Shown here: positions 1 to 11,966 of the stretch, one piece after another
Layout of the letters: every line of letters begins with the position of its first letter
Numbering within the stretch: position 1 is the first letter of the stretch
Origin: Breznakia blatticola
Lineage (GTDB): Bacteria; Bacillota_I; Bacilli_A; Erysipelotrichales; Erysipelotrichaceae
DNA: 16,785 nucleotides
NCBI RefSeq assembly: GCF_004365815.1
Contig: NZ_SODD01000051.1
Location: 1 to 16,785, forward strand
Direction: 5' to 3'
The notes under the pieces: generated by a model
Database searches by the model: none
Told to the model about the DNA's origin: nothing
Seen by the model: only the letters and a program-made list of their open reading frames with translations
Made by a program: the position numbers and the translations under genes

Positions 1-36
1 GATTAAGAAAATGAGCAATATATGGAATAAACCAAG

Positions 37-91
37 AAAAAAAGGAGCTGTGCTCCAGATTTGGCTAAATATGCCTATCTGTCACAGCCCC
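37..91 (-). terminator. Rho-independent terminator of the pyr operon, probably bidirectional
   Basis: About 20 nt after the pyrE stop, the minus-strand RNA has GGGGCUGUG (83-91) pairing with CACAGCUCC (44-52), 9 bp including one G.U. Inner helices CAGAU/AUCUG and GGC/GCC extend the stem, and U7 follows (A-run 37-43 on plus). A shorter alternative is GGAGC-aca-GCUCC (44-56) followed by the same U7. On the plus strand the same stem is followed by TTTT (92-95), so it could also stop a convergent gene. Confidence 0.7.
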
Positions 92-111
92 TTTTAACTG
101 TTTTATTTGAT

Positions 112-749
112 TTATTCTACATTCATCCAAGCATCACTTGTTGGATCTGCTTTAAATGCTTGTAGTTTCTTTAAATCTGCTTCTTGGATATAGTCATTTT
201 CTACTGCAGCTTCAAGCAAGTAATCATAATTACTTAGTGTACGAAGTTCACAGTTCATATCTTCAAATGCTTGTTTTGCTTTCGGTAATAAGTATGTAAA
301 GATTGCAGCGACACCTAAAACTTCACAACCTGCATCACGTAAAGCATCAATTACATCCTTTACGCTTCCACCAGTCGAAATAAGGTCTTCTACAACTACA
401 ACTTTCATTCCAGGTGTAACTTTACCTTCAATTTTATTTTCTTTACCATGGCTCTTATTTGAGCTTCTTACATATCCCATTGGTTTGTATAATTCTTGTG
501 CAACCATTGCAGCCCAAGGAATACCAGCAGTTGCTGTTCCCATTAGCATATCTGCATCAGGAAATTCACGACGAATCATTGAAACAAACCCACTAACAAC
601 AGCATCGCGTTTTTCAGGATATGATAAAACCAAACGGTTATCACAATAGATTGGACTTTTAATTCCACTTGCCCATGTAAATGGATCATTTGGACGTAAA
701 TATACAGCTTCTACATCTAATAGATTTTTTGCAATTACTTTTTCATTCA

Positions 750-750
<1 letters not shown>
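112..750 (-). CDS. pyrE: Orotate phosphoribosyltransferase
   Basis: 212 aa ORF with ATG start. It has the type-I PRTase PRPP-binding loop [13 protein letters not shown]. It is the last gene of a pyr operon and overlaps the pyrF stop by 1 nt (TAATG). Confidence 0.95.
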
Positions 751-3086
<2,336 letters not shown>

Positions 3087-3087
<1 letters not shown>

Positions 3088-6000
3088 TACTGATCTCCCA
3101 TTGGTAAAGCGGAGAAACTTTGTGCTTCAATTACTTTTAAAATTGCATTTACAGTATCTAAACTTGTTAGACATGAGATTCCATTTTCTGCAGAGAATCG
3201 ACGAATTAAGAATCCATCATCTCTAGAACCTTTATCTTGACTCATCGTATTTACAACATAATCAACTTTTCCTTTGATAATTAAGTCAAGTACATCATTT
3301 TCTGCTTGTTCCACTTTCGCAACTTCTTCTACACGAATACCATGATCTTTTAAGTATTTACATGTTCCACTTGTCGCAAAGATTCCATAACCGATTTCTT
3401 CAAAGCGTCTAGCAATATCTAGAGCCTCTTCTTTGTTTTCATCTGCGATTGTCATAAGTACACTTCCATGTAATGGAATTTTTGTACCTGCAGCAACCAT
3501 TGCTTTGTATAAGGCTTTTTCAAGTGTTTCATCTCCACCTAGAGATTCTCCAGTACTCTTCATCTCTGGTCCAAGTGTCGTATCTACTGAACGTAGTTTC
3601 GCAAATGAGAATACAGGTGCTTTTACATATACACGTTCTGTTTCACGTTTAATTCCTTCAAGGTATCCTTGTTTGATTAAACTTTGTCCCATGATTGCTT
3701 TTGTGGCGATATTTGCCATTGGTACATTTGTAATTTTTGATAAGAATGGTACGGTTCTTGAACTTCTTGGGTTTACCTCAAGTACAAATAAGTCATCATC
3801 TTTATCAACGATAAATTGAATATTGAATAATCCAATGAAATTGAATCCTTTACCAATTTTTGTTGTGTATTCGATAATTTTGTATTTGATATCCTTACTT
3901 AAGGTTTGTGTTGGATAGACAGAAATTGAATCTCCTGAGTGAACTCCAGCACGTTCAATATGTTCCATAATTCCTGGAATATATACGTTTTCACCATCAC
4001 AAATAGCATCCGTTTCTACTTCTTTTCCGACAATGTATTTATCGACAAGAATAGGTGCATCATGACTAATTTCCTTCATCGCATTGGTCATATATACTTC
4101 TAAATCTTTATCTGAGTGTACAATTTCCATCGCACGTCCCCCAAGCACATAACTTGGACGAACAAGTACAGGATAGCCAATACGTGAAGCAATCGCTAAT
4201 GCTTCTTCAACAGTAATTGCTGTTTCCCCTTGTGGTTGAGGGATACCAAGTTTACGTAACATCGCTTCAAACTCGTAACGGTCTTCTGCTTTATTGATGT
4301 TCTCTACACTTGTTCCTAAAATTTTCACACCACGACGTACAAGTCCATCTGCTAAGTTAATTGCTGTTTGTCCACCAAATTGTACAATCACACCTTCTGG
4401 ATCTTCTAAATCCACAATGTGCATTACATCTTCGAGTGTTAGAGGTTCAAAATATAATTTGTCAGAAATCGAGAAGTCTGTCGATACGGTTTCTGGGTTG
4501 TTGTTGACAACAATTGCCTCATATCCAGCTTCGCGTAATGCAAGCACACAGTGTACGGTTGCATAGTCAAACTCAACTCCTTGTCCAATACGAATTGGAC
4601 CTGAACCAAGTACAATAACTTTCTTTTTATCGGTACGAATACTTTCATTTTCATCTAAATACGTTGAGTAGAAATATGGCGTGTGACTTTCAAACTCACC
4701 TGCACATGTATCTACCATTTTGTATACAGGAATCATATTTTCTTTTTTACGTAAATTGTAGATGTCATCTTCACTCATATTCCATACACGTGCAATGTAT
4801 GAATCAGAGAACCCATTACGTTTCACTTTTCTAAGTACATCGACATCACCAACGTTGTATTTTAACTCTTCTTCCATTTTGTGGATGTTTTTAAGTTTCG
4901 CTAAGAAGAATGGATCAATCATCGTTAATTCAAAGATATCTTCAAATGATGCCCCACGACGAATCAATTCCATTACTGCATAAATACGTTCATCATCACG
5001 CCATTTCGCTTTCTTCCATAGTTCTTCATCACTCATATCATCCATTTCTTTGATTTGAATATGATCGACTTTCATTTCAATTGAACGAATGGCTTTAAGT
5101 AAACTTTCTTCAAAGTTACGACCAATGCTCATAACTTCTCCAGTAGCTTTCATTTGCGTTCCTAAGCGACGATCTGCACTTGGGAATTTATCAAATGGGA
5201 AACGTGGAAGTTTTGCCACAATATAGTCAATACTTGGTTCAAAACAAGCATATGATGTTTGTGTTACTGGGTTTAGTATTTCATCTAAAGTAAGTCCTAC
5301 AGCTACTTTTGCCGCAAGTTTGGCAATTGGATAACCTGTTGCTTTACTAGCTAATGCAGATGAACGAGAAACCCTTGGATTTACTTCTATAACATAGTAG
5401 TTAAATGAGTGTGGATCTAAAGCAAGTTGAACGTTACATCCTCCACAAATTTCAAGTGCACGAATGATATCCAAAGATGCATTACGTAACATTTGGTGTT
5501 CACGATCACTTAAGGTTTGCACTGGTGCAACAACGATACTATCTCCGGTGTGAATTCCAACTGGATCCACATTTTCCATCGAACAAACCATAATTGCATT
5601 ATCGTTGTTATCGCGCATAACTTCATATTCAATCTCTTTATATCCAGCAATACTTTTTTCAATCAAACATTGTGTCACTGGTGAAAGTTTCAATCCATTT
5701 TTTGCGATATCTTTTAATTCTTCATCATCTCTGGCAAATCCTCCACCAGTACCACCAAGGGTAAAGGCAGGACGCACAACTACTGGATAACCGATTTCAT
5801 TTGCAAATACAAGTGCTTCTTCTACCGTATGTACAATTAAACTATCTGGAATTGGTTGTCCCAATTCTTCCATTAATGCTTTGAATTTTTCACGGTCTTC
5901 CGCTTTTTCAATTGCATCTAATTTTGTCCCTAGAATTTCAACATTTTCTTTTTCTAAAATTCCAGCATTTGATAATTCGACAACTAGGTTTAGACCTGTT

Positions 6001-6278
6001 TGTCCACCTAGTGTTCCCAAAATTGCATCTGGTTTTTCTTTATGGATAATTTTCGATGCAAATTCAAGTGTCAATGGTTCAATATACACTTTGTCAGCAA
6101 TTTCACGATCTGTCATGATGGTTGCTGGGTTTGAGTTAATTAAGATTACTTCATAGCCTTCTTCACGTAAAGCCTGGCATGCTTGGGTTCCTGCATAATC
6201 AAATTCTGCAGCTTGTCCAATGACGATTGGTCCAGAACCAATCACCATAATTTTTTTAATATCGTTGCGTTTTGGCAT
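3087..6278 (-). CDS. carB: Carbamoyl-phosphate synthase large subunit
   Basis: 1063 aa with duplicated ATP-grasp halves: [24 protein letters not shown] at the N-terminus and [19 protein letters not shown] mid-protein. The C-terminal domain is MGS-like. TAATG overlap with the carA stop. Confidence 0.97.
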
Positions 6279-7357
6279 TATTTATTTCCCCCTTGTGCAT
6301 CCATTACTCTCATAAATGTGTCAAATAAGTAGTTTGCATCTTCTGGTCCAGGTGCAGCTTCTGGGTGGTATTGCACACTGAATAAGTTCTTTTCAGGACA
6401 AGCAAGACCTTCAACACTTTTATCATTTAAGTTACGGTGTGTAACTTCTAAATCTGTATTTGCCAAACTTTCTTCATTTACTGAAAATGAGTGGTTTTGA
6501 CTTGTGATTTCTACTTTACCTGTAAGTAAGTTCATAACTGGTTGGTTCGCTCCACGGTGTCCAAATTTTAATTTATCGATTTTCGCACCTGAAGCAAGGG
6601 CAATTAATTGGTGACCTAAACAGATTCCAAAGATTGGAATTTGTCCAATAAGGGCACGAATATTTTCAATTGCTTGAGTAAGTTCACGAGGATCTCCAGG
6701 ACCATTACTTAGCATAATTCCATCTGGTTTTAAGTTCATAACTTCTTGTACCGTTGATGTATATGGCATAATTTTCAAATCACATCCTCGACTTGATAAT
6801 TCACGAACAATTCCTTGTTTTGCTCCGTAATCAATTAAGACAACACGACGTCCGCGATTTGGTACTTGAAATGCTTTTTGCGTAGAAACTTGTGCAACTT
6901 GTCCAGTTGGATATGGTGCAGCTTTCAACATGGCAACAGTTGCATCTACATCAACATCCATATCTGCCATAATGGCTTTCATCGTACCTTCTTTACGAAT
7001 TAGTTTTGTTAGTTTTCTTGTATCAATTCCAGCAAGTCCTGGAATATCATTACTTGCTAGAAATGTATCAATACTTTCATCAGAGCGCCAGTTGTTTGGA
7101 TATTCACAGTATTCACTTACAACCAATCCGAAGATTGCTGGTTCAATACTTTCAAAATCATCACGATTGATTCCATAGTTTCCAATCATTGGATATGTCA
7201 TCAAAACAATTTGTGCACAGTAACTTAAGTCACTGATTACTTCTTGATAACCACTCATTCCGGTGTTGAAGACAATTTCTCCCATTTGATAGTTACTTCC
7301 ACCAAATCCTTCACCTACGAATACACTTCCATCTTCTAATATTAACTGTCTTTTCAT
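6278..7357 (-). CDS. carA: Carbamoyl-phosphate synthase small (glutaminase) subunit
   Basis: 359 aa. Class-I amidotransferase nucleophile elbow GICLGHQ and C-terminal HPE triad context (VQYHPEA). An AGGAGG RBS lies upstream. Confidence 0.96.
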   Translation of the reverse strand: MKRQLILEDGSVFVGEGFGGSNYQMGEIVFNTGMSGYQEVISDLSYCAQIVLMTYPMIGNYGINRDDFESIEPAIFGLVVSEYCEYPNNWRSDESIDTFLASNDIPGLAGIDTRKLTKLIRKEGTMKAIMADMDVDVDATVAMLKAAPYPTGQVAQVSTQKAFQVPNRGRRVVLIDYGAKQGIVRELSSRGCDLKIMPYTSTVQEVMNLKPDGIMLSNGPGDPRELTQAIENIRALIGQIPIFGICLGHQLIALASGAKIDKLKFGHRGANQPVMNLLTGKVEITSQNHSFSVNEESLANTDLEVTHRNLNDKSVEGLACPEKNLFSVQYHPEAAPGPEDANYLFDTFMRVMDAQGGNK

Positions 7358-7358
7358 T

Positions 7359-8633
7359 TTATATATCCTCCTGGCTGTTATATACTATTTTACCATCTAC
7401 TAGAACCGTTGCAATTTGGGCTGCAACTTTATATCCATCAAATGGTGTATTTTTTCCTTTGGAAGCAAATGTTGTTTTATCAATCACACCCTCTGTTTCT
7501 GACCAAACTACAAGATCTGCTTGATACCCTTCAGCAATTTTTGCAGTATGGTGTAAGCCAAAGCGTTTTGCTGCTTTTTTACTAACAAATTGTTCAAACT
7601 GTTCAAGTGTAAATATCCCAGTTTTCACAAAGTGTGTATATATCAGGGGCAAACTTGTTTCCAATGCCACTATACCAAATGGTGCTTGCACCATATCCTG
7701 TGCTTTTTCTTGTTCTGTATGTGGGGCATGATCATTCGCAATAAAATCAATGGTTCCATCAAGTAAGCCATCGATAAGTGCTTGCTTATCTTCTTTGCTT
7801 CGTAATGGTGGATTCATTTTATCATTTGCATTATGTACATCTTCTTCACTAAGTAGTAAGTGATGCGTTGTTACTTCCCCACTTACATTTGCACCTTTTG
7901 CTTTATAGCTTCGAAGTAACTGTACACTTTCTTTGCAACTCATATGACAAATGTGATATGCACACCCACTTTCATATGCAAGTTGCAAATCACGTTCAAT
8001 TTGTTTATATTCCGTTTCACTTGGAATTCCAACAAGTCCTAAAACTTTATTTTGTTTTCCTTCATGCATGCATCCTTCTTTTGGTCGATAGGACATATCT
8101 TCGGTGTGCGCGACAATCATAACATCATTTGCTTTTGCTTGTTGCATTGCTTGTTTCATCATCGTTTCACTTTGAACACCAACCCCATCATCACTAAACC
8201 AGTGAATACCAAGTTGTTTTAATCCCTTCATATCAACAAGTTCATTTCCTGCTTCACCTTTTGTAATTGTCGCATATGGATATGTATGAACCACTGCATC
8301 TTTTTTTATGCGTTCTTGATATGCTTTCATTACTTCTACATTATCTGGATACGGGTGAATATTTGGCATTGCAAAGATGCTTGTATATCCCCCATGAGCT
8401 GCAGCCAAACTACCAGTTGCTATTGTTTCCTTTGTTTCAAATCCTGGCTCACGTAAATGCACATGCACATCAACTCCTCCAGGCATCACATAAGCTTCAT
8501 TCACATCAAGAATTTGCTCGTTTTCACATGTAATATAATCTGCAATTCTTTGAATCTTTCCATCTACAATTCGAATATCTTGAACTTTTGTCTCATTATC
8601 TTTTACGAGTATTCGTGCATTTCGTATAATCAT
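7359..8633 (-). CDS. pyrC: Dihydroorotase
   Basis: 424 aa amidohydrolase with metal-binding motif GGVDVHVHLREPG and a later DHAPH motif. ATGA overlap with the pyrB stop. Confidence 0.95.
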   Translation of the reverse strand: MIIRNARILVKDNETKVQDIRIVDGKIQRIADYITCENEQILDVNEAYVMPGGVDVHVHLREPGFETKETIATGSLAAAHGGYTSIFAMPNIHPYPDNVEVMKAYQERIKKDAVVHTYPYATITKGEAGNELVDMKGLKQLGIHWFSDDGVGVQSETMMKQAMQQAKANDVMIVAHTEDMSYRPKEGCMHEGKQNKVLGLVGIPSETEYKQIERDLQLAYESGCAYHICHMSCKESVQLLRSYKAKGANVSGEVTTHHLLLSEEDVHNANDKMNPPLRSKEDKQALIDGLLDGTIDFIANDHAPHTEQEKAQDMVQAPFGIVALETSLPLIYTHFVKTGIFTLEQFEQFVSKKAAKRFGLHHTAKIAEGYQADLVVWSETEGVIDKTTFASKGKNTPFDGYKVAAQIATVLVDGKIVYNSQEDI

Positions 8634-9514
8634 TCAAATTCCTCCTGGAGTACATATTTCAACATTGCTTTGCGTACATACACACCATTTTCCATTTGTT
8701 TAAAAATTCTAGACTTACTTGCTTCCACCAAATCTGAATCAATTTCCACTTGTCGATTGACAGGTGCTGGATGCATTACAATCGTTTTTTCTTTTAATGT
8801 TTCATAACGCTGTTTTGTAAGTCCATACATATCTAAATATGTATCTTTAGATAATGCTGTTTCTTGTTCGTGTCGTTCGTGTTGAATACGTAGTAACATA
8901 ACAACATCTGCCCATTTACAGGCTTGATCCAAATCCATGTAACGCTTTGTATCAATCATCCATTTTTTAGGACCTGCAAATTTTACATTTGCTCCCAATC
9001 GAGTTAATGCTTCATCGTTACTTTTCGCAACTCGTGAATGTGCAATATCTCCAACAATTACAACATTTAAATCTTCAAATGTTTGAAAGTGTTCATAGAT
9101 TGTATATAAATCAAGCAAACACTGACTTGGATGATTTCCACATCCATCTCCTGCATTAATCATTGGTACATCAATGGATTCCAATTGTTTAAAATACTCA
9201 TCTTCAGGGTGGCGAATCACCATTGCCTCATAGCCTAACATCTGAAATGTCTTGATGGTATCATATAAACTTTCACCTTTTTTTAATGAACTGGCATTTG
9301 CATTAAAGTCTACAACTTTACAATTGAGTCCATACTCCGCACTAACAAATGAATAGTGTGTACGTGTACTAGGTTCAAAAAAAAGATTAGCAACTAAATA
9401 CGATTTCGTAAAATGCCAATCTTTATGTGAAGTTGAAAACTTTTTTGCGTCATGCAAAATGTTGATGATATCCTTGTTTGATAAATCGCTCATGGTTAGC
9501 AAACTTTTGTACAT
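8630..9514 (-). CDS. pyrB: Aspartate carbamoyltransferase catalytic subunit
   Basis: 294 aa. Carbamoyl-phosphate binding motif STRT, HPSQ, and C-terminal HPAP. ATG at 9514 is preceded by a GGAGG RBS. Confidence 0.95.
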   Translation of the reverse strand: MYKSLLTMSDLSNKDIINILHDAKKFSTSHKDWHFTKSYLVANLFFEPSTRTHYSFVSAEYGLNCKVVDFNANASSLKKGESLYDTIKTFQMLGYEAMVIRHPEDEYFKQLESIDVPMINAGDGCGNHPSQCLLDLYTIYEHFQTFEDLNVVIVGDIAHSRVAKSNDEALTRLGANVKFAGPKKWMIDTKRYMDLDQACKWADVVMLLRIQHERHEQETALSKDTYLDMYGLTKQRYETLKEKTIVMHPAPVNRQVEIDSDLVEASKSRIFKQMENGVYVRKAMLKYVLQEEFE

Positions 9515-9535
9515 CGTGTTTCCTCCAATTTTCCT

Positions 9536-9573
9536 AAAAGAAAAGGTCCTTGCAAATATGCAAAAGGACCTTT
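9536..9573 (-). terminator. Attenuator terminator in the pyrB leader
   Basis: Minus-strand RNA is AAAGGUCCUUuuUGCAuauuUGCAAGGACCUUU followed by UCUUUU. That gives 10 bp, a 2-nt bulge, 3 more bp and a U-rich tail. It sits about 20 nt upstream of the pyrB RBS, so it is a leader terminator, not an end-of-gene terminator. Confidence 0.8.
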
Positions 9574-9600
9574 ATTGTTCAAAAAAAATAAAGTCTATGA

Positions 9601-9631
9601 CCTTCTTCACCTCTCTGGATGATCTTAAAGG
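9601..9631 (-). promoter_or_regulatory. PyrR-binding anti-antiterminator hairpin
   Basis: Minus-strand RNA is CCUUUAAGAUCAUCCAGAGAGGUGAAGAAGG. It contains the conserved PyrR box UCCAGAGAGG (plus-strand cctctctgga, 9610-9619), flanked by pairing CCUU/AAGG arms. It lies between a promoter and the leader terminator, as in Bacillus-type pyr attenuators. Confidence 0.78.
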
Positions 9632-9648
9632 ACCTTTTCGTTACAACT

Positions 9649-9677
9649 ATAATACCAATACTCAAGTAAAACATCAA
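9649..9677 (-). promoter_or_regulatory. Candidate sigma-A promoter of the pyr operon
   Basis: On the minus strand: TTGATG (9672-9677), a 17-nt spacer, then TATTAT (9649-9654) with a TGn extension (TGGTATTAT). It sits just upstream of the PyrR leader. Confidence 0.55.
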
Positions 9678-9679
9678 CT

Positions 9680-9706
9680 AAAAATATCACGAATTTTCAG
9701 ATTCAT
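9680..9706 (-). terminator. Weak candidate terminator after the TMEM175-like gene
   Basis: Minus-strand AUGAAU-cugaaa-AUUCGU (6 bp, AU-rich, one G.U) followed by GAUAUUUUU. The stem is weak, so read-through into the pyr leader cannot be excluded. Confidence 0.3.
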
Positions 9707-9717
9707 TTCTTGTCGTG

Positions 9718-10305
9718 TTACGATTCAATTTCTTCTAATAGTTTTTCAATTTGTCGAGAAGGAATTAACCAAGGAAGTAAACCAAAAATATACATCATCA
9801 TAATTAGTACTGGTGAGATAAATATACCAAGTAGCACTCCGATGATATTTAATGAAATTGTAATTTTTAACTTTAGATACCCTGTAGTTGTTTTAGCAAT
9901 CAATGAATGTTTACCCTGTGCTTTTACTAATTCATGTAGTACCCATGCATATGCAAGATCTGCTAGCATCAAAACTGAAGCATAAAATAACTCAGGTGCT
10001 AAATCAAATAGATGTGAATCTACCCAACGTGTCGCAAAGGGAACCAATGTTAAGATAAAAATAAATAACATGTTAGCCCATAAGATCCGTCCATTGACTT
10101 TCTTAACTGCTTGAAACATATGATGGTGGTTGTTCCAATAGATCGCTAGTGAAATAAAGGAAATAAAATACACGATAAAGGTTGTTTTCATTTCAAATAA
10201 CGAAGCGAAGGTTGGCTCCCTTGGCAGTTCTAATTCCAAAACCATGATTGTCATAATAATGGCAATAATTGCATCACTAAATGCCTCTAATCTACTTTTA
10301 CTCAT
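9718..10305 (-). CDS. TMEM175 / DUF1211 family membrane protein (putative K+ channel)
   Basis: 195 aa with six predicted hydrophobic helices. The TM1 signature RLEAFSDAIIAIIMTIMVLE matches the RxxxFSD motif of the TMEM175/DUF1211 family. ATG start with a GGAGG RBS. Confidence 0.85.
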   Translation of the reverse strand: MSKSRLEAFSDAIIAIIMTIMVLELELPREPTFASLFEMKTTFIVYFISFISLAIYWNNHHHMFQAVKKVNGRILWANMLFIFILTLVPFATRWVDSHLFDLAPELFYASVLMLADLAYAWVLHELVKAQGKHSLIAKTTTGYLKLKITISLNIIGVLLGIFISPVLIMMMYIFGLLPWLIPSRQIEKLLEEIES

Positions 10306-10325
10306 AGGACCTCCAATCCTCTATT

Positions 10326-10334
10326 ATTATGCCA
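10326..10334 (-). promoter_or_regulatory. Possible extended -10 promoter for the TMEM175-like gene
   Basis: Minus-strand TGGCATAAT (TGn + CATAAT) lies about 20 nt upstream of the ATG. I found no convincing -35 hexamer. Confidence 0.3.
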
Positions 10335-10344
10335 CACAGCTAAG

Positions 10345-10372
10345 AAAAAAGTGCCGCGAATGCTCACGACAC
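10345..10372 (-). terminator. Rho-independent terminator of the murF-to-flavoprotein operon
   Basis: Minus-strand GUGUCGUG-agcauu-CGCGGCAC (8 bp with two G.U pairs, 10351-10372) followed by UUUUUU (10345-10350). It starts 8 nt after the stop of the 528-aa gene. Confidence 0.8.
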
Positions 10373-10379
10373 GATAGTT

Positions 10380-11966
10380 CTACTTACTGATATTTGTATT
10401 TGTGTACTTTGTAATAATTACTTCTGCACATTTCAAGCCATCAATTGCACTTGATGTGATTCCACCAGAATACCCACTACCTTCACCAATTGGATATACA
10501 TGTTTGATAGTACTGCTTTCCATGGTTTCCTTACGACAGATACGAATTGGACATGAAGAGCGTGTTTCTACTCCTGTCAGTAAAGCATTTCCATTTTTAA
10601 ATGCTTTGTTTTTCTTTTGAAACGCTCGAATTCCTTCTTGCAACTTATATGTAATGCTTTCTGGTAATAAGCGATGTAAATTCGTGTATGTTACACCTAA
10701 TGGGTATGATGGTTCAATCATTTCCCCTTCGCTATGTTCTTCTAAGAAATCACTTACGCGTTGTGCTGGTGCTTTATATGTGCTTCCAGCAAGTTCATAA
10801 GCGAGTCGCTCTAGTTTCTCTTGAAACTCGATACCCTTGAATATTCCTTCACCATAGTCACTTTCATCTACTTGCACAAGTATTGCTGCATTTGCATTTT
10901 CTTTGTCTCTTGCATAATTAGACATTCCATTAACAACAACATGTCCTTGATTACTTGTTGCTGCTACTACTTGTCCACCAGGACACATACAAAACGTATA
11001 CACGCCACAGCCTTCCACGTTATGCGTCAATCGATAACTGGCTTGCGGTAAACTTTCATGCATTGCATATTTATGGTACAGTGCTTCATTAATCGCTTTT
11101 TGCGTATGTTCAATTCGTAGTCCAACAGCAAACGGTTTACTTTCCATGAGCAATCCTTGTTTATGAAAACGATAGAAACTATCACGGCTACTATTTCCTA
11201 AGGCAAGAACAACAACATCACTACAGATTTCTTGCGTATTCACAACAATTCCCTTACATACATCATCTTCAATAATCAACTTTTCCACTTTTGAATCAAA
11301 ATGAAGCGATCCACCAAGTGCAATGATTTCCTTTCGAATACTGCGAACTACATCAATTAAAATATCACTACCAATATGTGGATATGCATCATATACAATT
11401 TCTTTAGGTGCACCATGTTCTACAAACATGTCATAGACATCTTGTACGCGATAATCTTTTGTGCGTGCTGTTAATTTTCCATCGCTGAATGTACCAGCAC
11501 CACCTTCACCGAATTGAATATTACTTTCTTCATTTAGCGTACGTGTTTGATAAAATGTTTCCACATCTTTCACCCGTTTTTCAACCTGACTTCCACGTTC
11601 AAATACACGGGGTTTATATCCTTGTCTAGCAAGTTGCAATGCACAAAACATCCCTGCTGGACCAAAGCCAACAATAATTGGTCGCGTATGCAATTCAACA
11701 ATTCCACCAACAAGCTCACTTCGTGGTTCAACAACAAGTTTACGCACATTTTTTATCTTCCTTTGTAAGATGGCATTTTCATTAACAACTTCAACATCTA
11801 GACTATAACTATACGAAACTTGATGATGCCGTGCATCGATGTTCTTTCGATAGATGGAAAAAGATTGAAGATCACTTTTCGCAATCTTCAACTTTTTTAA
11901 GATCTTTTCTTGTAAGTCACTTTCCTTTTCATCCAAGGTAAGTTTGATTTGATCCAGTCGTAACAT
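10380..11966 (-). CDS. FAD-dependent protein of unknown function (COG2509 / VP0956-like)
   Basis: 528 aa with dinucleotide-binding motif IVGFGPAGMFCALQLARQG. Family-typical blocks as I remember them from COG2509 proteins are QFGEGGAGTFSDGKL, FCMCPGGQVVAA, VVNGMSNYARDKENANAA, LLTGVETRSSCPIRI and YPIGEGSGYSGGITSSAIDG. The ATG overlaps the upstream stop (TAATG). Confidence 0.85.
   Translation of the reverse strand: MLRLDQIKLTLDEKESDLQEKILKKLKIAKSDLQSFSIYRKNIDARHHQVSYSYSLDVEVVNENAILQRKIKNVRKLVVEPRSELVGGIVELHTRPIIVGFGPAGMFCALQLARQGYKPRVFERGSQVEKRVKDVETFYQTRTLNEESNIQFGEGGAGTFSDGKLTARTKDYRVQDVYDMFVEHGAPKEIVYDAYPHIGSDILIDVVRSIRKEIIALGGSLHFDSKVEKLIIEDDVCKGIVVNTQEICSDVVVLALGNSSRDSFYRFHKQGLLMESKPFAVGLRIEHTQKAINEALYHKYAMHESLPQASYRLTHNVEGCGVYTFCMCPGGQVVAATSNQGHVVVNGMSNYARDKENANAAILVQVDESDYGEGIFKGIEFQEKLERLAYELAGSTYKAPAQRVSDFLEEHSEGEMIEPSYPLGVTYTNLHRLLPESITYKLQEGIRAFQKKNKAFKNGNALLTGVETRSSCPIRICRKETMESSTIKHVYPIGEGSGYSGGITSSAIDGLKCAEVIITKYTNTNISK

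Noticed and set aside
11-97. 28-codon plus-strand ORF (MSNIWNKPRKKGAVLQIWLNMPICHSPF)
   Set aside because: It runs straight through the terminator hairpin and has no RBS. It is most likely a chance reading frame in intergenic DNA.
4439-4654. 71-aa minus-strand ORF inside carB
   Set aside because: It is out of frame within the carB coding region, with no RBS and no recognisable fold. It is a chance ORF.
9581-9588. A8/T8 homopolymer as a phase-variation or slippage site
   Set aside because: It lies in the untranslated pyr leader between the PyrR hairpin and the terminator. It is most simply a single-stranded U-rich linker of the attenuator, and no coding frame is affected.
10380-11966. Idea that the flavoprotein is a VanH-like dehydrogenase, which would make this a D-Ala-D-Lac system
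   Set aside because: VanH is a roughly 320-aa NAD-dependent D-2-hydroxyacid dehydrogenase. This protein is a 528-aa FAD protein of the COG2509 family with unrelated motifs. The racemase and VanT-like membrane protein also point to D-Ser.
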